A DNA stretch of 64,000 nucleotides, taken from positions 160,001 to 224,000 of the forward strand of contig JAXMNT010000002.1 of assembly GCA_034670305.1 (NCBI GenBank), in the 5' to 3' direction. Below the pieces are notes generated by a model, which worked only from the letters and a program-made list of their open reading frames with translations, did no database searches and was not told the origin of the DNA. The stretch's first letter is position 1. Each line of letters begins with the position of its first letter. The translations under genes were made by a program, and so were the position numbers. Source of the stretch: Deltaproteobacteria bacterium (GTDB lineage: Bacteria > Myxococcota_A > Polyangia > Polyangiales > Houyiibacteriaceae). Positions 58,505-64,000 of the stretch are shown in pieces.

Positions 58505-60255
58505 CCGACGGCGACCTACCTGGGCCCATGCGGCTCGAAGCGCGCGGCATCGGTGCTTCGCCGGGCATCGCGGTCTCGACGTTGCACCTCGTGCCGCGGC
58601 CCGGACGCGCACGGCATCGCCGGGTTCGAGATCGAGCCAAAGAAGCCGAGCGGCTCCGCGGTGCGATCGACGCGAGCCGCGCCGAGATCGAAGACGCACG
58701 CGATGGGCTGACCGAAGAGATGGCGCTGGTGCTCGACGCGCAACTCTTGATGCACAGCGATGCCCTCCTGGTCGAAGCGGCCGTGCAGCACATCGTGACG
58801 GATGGGCTCGGCGCGGAGTGGGCCCTCGAACGTACCGTCGCCGCGCTCAAGAAGCCGCTGCTCGCCGCGTCGTCTCGCTACTTTCGAGAACGGGCGCACG
58901 ACATCGAACACGTCGGCCAACACATTCTTCGACACCTGCGCGGCGACGAGCGCCTCATGTTGCCCGACGGGGCGCGGGTCTTGGTGGCGAACGATCTCGC
59001 CGCGACCGATGCGGTGCGGGTGCTCGGCGACGCGCGGGTGCTCGGTCTCGTCACCGAACTCGGCAGCGCCACGAGCCACACAGCGCTCTTGGCGCGCGCC
59101 TTCGGCGTGCCTGCCGTGGTCGGCGTGCAGGGGCTGGCGATGCGGGCGCTCGCACCCGGGACGCCCATCGTGGTGGATGGCCTCAGCGGCCGGGTCGTGG
59201 TCTGTCCCACCGCGGCGGAGTCCACCGACGCCACCGAGCGGTCGACGCGCTACCGGTCCTTTGCGAGCGCGCTCCGAGCCAAAGCGGACGAGCCGGTGCA
59301 GACCGTGGACGGCGCCGCGGTCACGCTGCTGGCCAACATCGAACTCCCGGCCGAAGCGTCCTCGGCCTCGGTGCGCGGGGCCGCTGGCGTCGGCCTCTAC
59401 CGAACGGAGTACCTTTACGTCGAACGCGACGAGCCACCGGACGAGGAGACGCAGGTGGCGGTCTACCGCGAGGTCATCGAGGCGTGTGCCCCCGTCACCC
59501 TCCGGACGTTCGATCTGGGCGGCGACAAACTTCCTCGGCAACTTCGTTTTCCTCCCGGCGCCAACCCCGCGCTGGGCGTCCGCGCCACCCGGCTGTGGGC
59601 GCGCGAACCCGAACTCATGGAGACTCAGATCCGTGCCGTGCTGCGCGCCGCGAGCGCTGGTGAAGTGGAGCTGATGTTCCCGCTCGTCGAAGGCCCCGAA
59701 CACATGCGCACGTTGCGGGACCGGGTGCGCGCCTGCGCCGAGGCGTTGCGCGCCGATGGGACCGAGGTGCCAGAGATCCCGCTCGGCGCGATGGTCGAAC
59801 TGCCGAGCGCCGCGGTGATGGCGACCGCCCTGTGTGAGGTCGCGGACTTTCTCTCGGTCGGGACCAACGACCTCGTGCAGTACACGCTCGGGGTCGACCG
59901 GACGAACCCGGAGGTCGCCCACCTCGCGGACCCGCTGCACCCCGCGGTCCTGCATCTGCTCTCGCAGACCGTGGAGGCCGCGGATGCGAGCGGCACGCCG
60001 CTGACGATGTGCGGCGACATGGCGACGGATCTTGTCGCGTTGCCGGTCGCGCTCGGGCTCGGGTTCCGGTGCTTCTCGGTACCGGTCTCCATGCTGCCGT
60101 TTGTCCAGGAGCTCATCCGGCGTGTCGACTTGGCTGCGCTCACGGCACTGGGTGGGCAGGCGCTGCGGGAGACCTCGACCGCGGCGGTGCGGGCGCTCGT
60201 TCGGGAGGCGCTCGAGGGGACGTTGGGTGGACTGTGGGTGGAGCTGCAGGCGTGA
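58501..60255 (+). CDS. ptsI: PEP-protein phosphotransferase (PTS enzyme I)
   Basis: TSHTALLAR, GVGLYRTE, RTFDLGGDK, NPALGVR, SVGTNDLVQY, MCG. Confidence 0.95.
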   Translation: MTDGDLPGPMRLEARGIGASPGIAVSTLHLVPRPGRARHRRVRDRAKEAERLRGAIDASRAEIEDARDGLTEEMALVLDAQLLMHSDALLVEAAVQHIVTDGLGAEWALERTVAALKKPLLAASSRYFRERAHDIEHVGQHILRHLRGDERLMLPDGARVLVANDLAATDAVRVLGDARVLGLVTELGSATSHTALLARAFGVPAVVGVQGLAMRALAPGTPIVVDGLSGRVVVCPTAAESTDATERSTRYRSFASALRAKADEPVQTVDGAAVTLLANIELPAEASSASVRGAAGVGLYRTEYLYVERDEPPDEETQVAVYREVIEACAPVTLRTFDLGGDKLPRQLRFPPGANPALGVRATRLWAREPELMETQIRAVLRAASAGEVELMFPLVEGPEHMRTLRDRVRACAEALRADGTEVPEIPLGAMVELPSAAVMATALCEVADFLSVGTNDLVQYTLGVDRTNPEVAHLADPLHPAVLHLLSQTVEAADASGTPLTMCGDMATDLVALPVALGLGFRCFSVPVSMLPFVQELIRRVDLAALTALGGQALRETSTAAVRALVREALEGTLGGLWVELQA

Positions 60256-61316
60256 GTGCCACGCAGCGGTGGCTGCTGGGCGTGTGGGTCGCGGGGGCGT
60301 TGGCGGGGTGTGGTGGGGCTGCTTCGGAAGCGGTGGCCGCGCAGGCGGAAGCCGAAGCCGAAGCGGAAGCCGAAGCCGCAGTTGAAGGCGACTCCGAAGG
60401 CGACTCCGAAGCCGACTCCGAAGGCGACTCCGAAGCCGAAGCCGAAGCCGACTCCGAAGCCGACTCCGAAGCCGAAGCCGAAGCCGAAGCCGAAGCCGAA
60501 GCCGATGCCGATGCCGACTCCGAAGCCGACTCCGATGCCGACTCCGCCGAATCCGAAGCCGGTTCCGAATCCGGCTCCGCCCTCTCCTTCTCGCTTCGGG
60601 AGGTGCAGGTGGAGCGGGGGTCGCATCGGGTGCCGGGGGATGCACCGCATGCGGTGGTGATCGAAGCGGGGGCGCCTCGGTGGATCGTGGTCTTCTTGCA
60701 CGGGTGGAGTGGGTGCGTGCGGGTGTTGGCGCATCCGGGGTTCGTGACCTGTCGACCGTCGGATCCGTCGCGGGCGCGGCGGGCGGGGTGGGATCTGCGG
60801 GGCACGTTCGAGTCCGCCGGCGTGCCAGCCGTGTTCGTACTGGCGCAGCTCTCGTTCAACCGCCGGGAGGGGGGCGCGGGGCGGTTTCTCGAAGAGGGGT
60901 TTGCGCGCGACTACTTGGCGGCGCTCGGGCTGCCGGACGATCTCCCCATCGCACTGGTCGCCCACAGCGCGGGGTTCGAGACCGCGCTGGCGTGGATTCG
61001 ACGAGGCGGGCTCGACGGGCGCATTCGCTCGATTGCGCTGATGGACGCGCTCTACGCGGGGACGGAACCGTTCGCCGATTGGGTCGCCGACGACGAGGCC
61101 CGGACGCTCGTCAGCTGGCACACCGGCCGGGGCAGCACCGCCCGGCAGAACGCCCGGCTCGTGGGGCTGCTCGCGGGACGATCGGTGGCGGTGTCCGAGA
61201 CCCTCGGACCAAGCCGCGCCATGGTCGCCCTCACCGAGGCCCCGCATGGGGAGGTGCCGACCGAACACCTCGTCGAGTACCTGCAATGGCTCGACGCACG
61301 CCGGGAGGCGCGCTAA
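60252..61316 (+). CDS. Hypothetical lipoprotein, alpha/beta-hydrolase-like, with acidic repeat linker
   Basis: Lipobox [17 protein letters not shown] nucleophile-elbow-like motif; LMDALY; C-terminal His. Confidence 0.7.
   Translation: MSATQRWLLGVWVAGALAGCGGAASEAVAAQAEAEAEAEAEAAVEGDSEGDSEADSEGDSEAEAEADSEADSEAEAEAEAEAEADADADSEADSDADSAESEAGSESGSALSFSLREVQVERGSHRVPGDAPHAVVIEAGAPRWIVVFLHGWSGCVRVLAHPGFVTCRPSDPSRARRAGWDLRGTFESAGVPAVFVLAQLSFNRREGGAGRFLEEGFARDYLAALGLPDDLPIALVAHSAGFETALAWIRRGGLDGRIRSIALMDALYAGTEPFADWVADDEARTLVSWHTGRGSTARQNARLVGLLAGRSVAVSETLGPSRAMVALTEAPHGEVPTEHLVEYLQWLDARREAR
60345..60575 (+). repeat. In-frame AE/ADSE/EGDS tract
   Basis: (GCCGAA)n and (GCCGACTCCGAA)n units. Confidence 0.9.
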
Positions 61317-61325
61317 ACGCCGGCC

Positions 61326-61784
61326 ATGCCGCGCCCCAACCTCACGCAACTCATCGAAGAGTCGCGGGTCAGGCTGCGCCTCGAGACGGCCGAGAAAAGC
61401 GACCTGCTTCGGGAGCTCGCGATGATCTTCGCACTGGACGACCCGCAGCTCGACCTGGACGCGATCACCGAGCGCCTGCTGGCGCGCGAAGCGCTCGGCA
61501 CAACGGGGCTCGGAAGCGGCGTCGCCATCCCGCACGGCCGCATCCCGGGGCTCGATTCGTTTCGGATCGCTTTGGCGATCGAGCCCTCCGGCATCCCGTT
61601 CGACGCGGTCGACGGGGAACCGGTGTCGATCTTCGTCGCGATCCTCGCGCCTGCCAGTCAAGACGGCGCCCACCTGCGGCTCCTCGCCGAGGTCTCGCGG
61701 GTGCTTCGACCGAACTCGATGCGGGAAGCCCTGCTCGCAGCGAAGTCTCCAGCCGAAGTGGTCGCGCTCTTCGACCAGCACTAG
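61326..61784 (+). CDS. ptsN: PTS IIA (Ntr/fructose-type) component
   Basis: AREALGTTGLGSGVAIPHGR, FDAVDGEPV, HLRLLA. Confidence 0.9.
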   Translation: MPRPNLTQLIEESRVRLRLETAEKSDLLRELAMIFALDDPQLDLDAITERLLAREALGTTGLGSGVAIPHGRIPGLDSFRIALAIEPSGIPFDAVDGEPVSIFVAILAPASQDGAHLRLLAEVSRVLRPNSMREALLAAKSPAEVVALFDQH

Positions 61785-61822
61785 CCCCTGAGCGCACTCA
61801 GCCGCTGCGGTACACTGGCGCC

Positions 61823-62788
61823 ATGCGCGACATTCCCTCGGCCCCGCCCAACGGACGCACCACCGCGCGGGGCCTGCTCAACGAGCCGACCATCGCACCG
61901 CTCGTGCGGCTCGTGTCGGGTGCCGACGCGCTCGACCGGGCCATCGATCACCCACGCATCCAGAAGTCGGGGCTGAGTCTGGCCGGGCACCTCCACGGCA
62001 TCGTGCCGACCCGGGTGCAGATCCTCGGCGAGACGGAGATCAGTTTTCTCGAGAGCCTCGACGCCGACACCCGCCGGTCGAGATGCCGCGGGCTCTTTGC
62101 ACTGGAACTCTCGCTCGTGCTGGTGACCCGCGGGGTGGACCCACCGCTGGAGATGATCGAAGAGGCCCGCGCTCGGAACACGCCGCTCGGGGTGGCGTCT
62201 CCCCGGTCGAGCCGAACGATCGCGATCCTCCATTCGGTGCTCGATCGATTGCTCGCACCCACGGAGACCCGGCACGGCGTCCTCATCGACGTACACGGCA
62301 TCGGGGCGTTGCTCCTCGGACCGAGCGGCATCGGCAAAAGCGAGTGCGCGCTCTTCCTGGTGGAGCGCGGCCACCGGCTGGTGGCGGACGATCAAGTCGT
62401 GCTCACCCGATCTCCGTCCGACGAGATCCTGGGGAGCGCGCCGCCCCTGCTGCGCCACCACTTGGAACTTCGCGGCATCGGCATCATCCAGGTGCGTGAG
62501 CTCTTCGGCGCCACGGCGGTGCGGGATGAGAAGGCCGTGAACTTGGTGGTCGAGCTGTGTCCGTTCGACCCAGCGCAGGAGTTCGACCGGCTCGGGCTCG
62601 ACGACCTCGCGCACGACGTGCTCGGCGTGCCGCTCCCGATGTACCGTATCCCGGTTCAACCCGGCCGCAACATGGCCGTCATTCTCGAGGTCGCCGCGCG
62701 ACAGCACATGCTGCGAAGCGCCGGACGTCATCCGGCGAAAGAACTGGTCGACCGGCTGCACGCCTCGCTCGGCGTCACGAAGATGTAG
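61823..62788 (+). CDS. hprK: HPr(Ser) kinase/phosphorylase
   Basis: RVQILGETE, HGVLIDV.GIG, GPSGIGKSE, RGHRLVADD, ELRGIGII, PGRN. Confidence 0.96.
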   Translation: MRDIPSAPPNGRTTARGLLNEPTIAPLVRLVSGADALDRAIDHPRIQKSGLSLAGHLHGIVPTRVQILGETEISFLESLDADTRRSRCRGLFALELSLVLVTRGVDPPLEMIEEARARNTPLGVASPRSSRTIAILHSVLDRLLAPTETRHGVLIDVHGIGALLLGPSGIGKSECALFLVERGHRLVADDQVVLTRSPSDEILGSAPPLLRHHLELRGIGIIQVRELFGATAVRDEKAVNLVVELCPFDPAQEFDRLGLDDLAHDVLGVPLPMYRIPVQPGRNMAVILEVAARQHMLRSAGRHPAKELVDRLHASLGVTKM

Positions 62789-62851
62789 CGAACACCTCTC
62801 TGGTGTGCATCAGCAGCAAACGTTGGCACCGTCTGTGCTGGATGGGGTGAC

Positions 62852-63883
62852 ATGGGATCCACTCGTGCCAACGTGCGCCAGCTCGTGCTCGCCCTCGCGG
62901 TCTTCGCGTCGGGCTGTTTTCGCACTCAATCCGAGACGAGCTGCGAGTGCTGTGGCACCACCGTCTCCATCTCGCCGGGCGAATCCTGCTCGAGCGGGGT
63001 GTGCGATGGCCACTGCGGTTTCGTGCCCGATGCGGGCCCCGACGGCAGCGAGATGGTCTGTGATTGCTGCGGCACGAGCGTCACCACGACCGGCGACTCG
63101 TGCTGGACCGGCGTCTGCGATCCGTACTGCGGCTTCGTTCCGGACGCGGGCGTGGACGTGGGCCCCGACGCGGGCGCCTGCGAACCGCTGGCGCCGGAGA
63201 TCACGGCGTTCGATCACATCCCCGCCCACACCGCGACCAGTGTGCAGGTCCGTAAGCCGGGGTGTTACTGCGCTGAGACGCTCCACTGCGACGTCGCGCT
63301 CTCGGGCGGCCGGACGATCGACCTGACCACGACGATGTGTACGCCCGACCTGCTCTGCGACGGCTGCAACGAACTTCAGACCCTGTGCGACTTGCCACCG
63401 CTCGAGGAGGGCACGTGGACGGTCCGGGTCAACGGCCTCGTGGCCCACGAACTCACCGTCGTGCCAGAAGACATCCGGCCCGAAAGGGCCGACGTCTTCG
63501 TGACCCACGCCGACCGGGACCGGTGCGGCCTGCGCTGGCCGCCCGAAGACTACGTCCCGTACGGGGCCTGTGTGGATCCGGAGGTGCACGCCCGCGTGCC
63601 GTTCGCGATTCGGGTCTTCGACGAGTGCGCCAGCGAGGTCTGTGGCAACCGCATGGGCAGCTGCGAGGTCACCGTGTTCGACCGGGTCGTCCGAGTCCGG
63701 GCTCGGCGCACCTTCACCGAATGCGACATCGCCGCGTGTCCGCCCGTCTGCGAGCCGCGGACCGACGTGTGCTGGGTGCCCCCGCTGGCGAACGGTCGGT
63801 GGACGCTGCAGTTCGGGGACGTCTCGATGCCGTTCGAGGCGGTGGACGACCCCGCCCCAGCCGAGGCCTGCGGCCCGCCCTAG
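62852..63883 (+). CDS. Cys-rich lipoprotein with two duplicated module types
   Basis: Lipobox ASGC; 2x CxCCG..C....C...CGFVPDAG; 2x module ending C.[LV]PPL..G.WT. Confidence 0.75.
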   Translation: MGSTRANVRQLVLALAVFASGCFRTQSETSCECCGTTVSISPGESCSSGVCDGHCGFVPDAGPDGSEMVCDCCGTSVTTTGDSCWTGVCDPYCGFVPDAGVDVGPDAGACEPLAPEITAFDHIPAHTATSVQVRKPGCYCAETLHCDVALSGGRTIDLTTTMCTPDLLCDGCNELQTLCDLPPLEEGTWTVRVNGLVAHELTVVPEDIRPERADVFVTHADRDRCGLRWPPEDYVPYGACVDPEVHARVPFAIRVFDECASEVCGNRMGSCEVTVFDRVVRVRARRTFTECDIAACPPVCEPRTDVCWVPPLANGRWTLQFGDVSMPFEAVDDPAPAEACGPP

Positions 63884-64000
63884 TCATCCATGTTCGGGAC
63901 GGTAGGGCCCGCGAGCTCGCCAAACGAGCCGCCTGCCAGTCAGCTCTCGATGGCGGGAGGCGGCGCGCCGCGCTTCCGGGTCGTCTGCAGCCCCTTCGCC

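Noticed and set aside
63884-64000. 3' end of a minus-strand gene at the window edge
   Set aside because: More than one frame is open and the fragment is too short to choose a frame or product

Overview
High-GC bacterial chromosome segment, most likely Myxococcota (Polyangiales/Sandaracinus-like). This is inferred from DUF4388, TIGR02266-type PilZ, eukaryote-like Ser/Thr kinases, Cys-rich lipoproteins and an ATC-initiated infC. Core content: tRNA-Val, thrS, infC, rpmI, rplT, pheS, pheT, tRNA-Pro, ihfA, surE, apt; tRNA-Arg(CCT); rplM-rpsI; argC; a tyrosine/homogentisate catabolic operon (FAH-family gene, maiA, hppD, homogentisate dioxygenase); a PlsB-like acyltransferase; and a regulatory PTS cluster (rapZ, ptsH, ptsI, unknown, ptsN, hprK). 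No integrase, transposase, prophage or CRISPR array was seen. The most unusual signals are: (1) eleven period-6 low-complexity tracts, five of which share an ordered intergenic grammar, (GGCNTC)n - AAC-containing linker - (GGGCAN)n, while five others sit in frame inside genes and always read as acidic Ala-Glu/Ala-Asp runs; (2) a mosaic palindromic element with three exact 74-bp units and a degenerate second copy about 31 kb away; (3) a co-oriented cluster of two hydrazine-synthase-alpha-like heme lipoproteins (one with CX4CH/CX6CH motifs), an exported HEAT-repeat protein, a MutS-ATPase protein and an LRR-like protein; (4) a structured thrS leader with a possible tRNA-Thr anticodon mimic. All family calls are by motif recognition only; no database searches were run, and several start codons are estimates.
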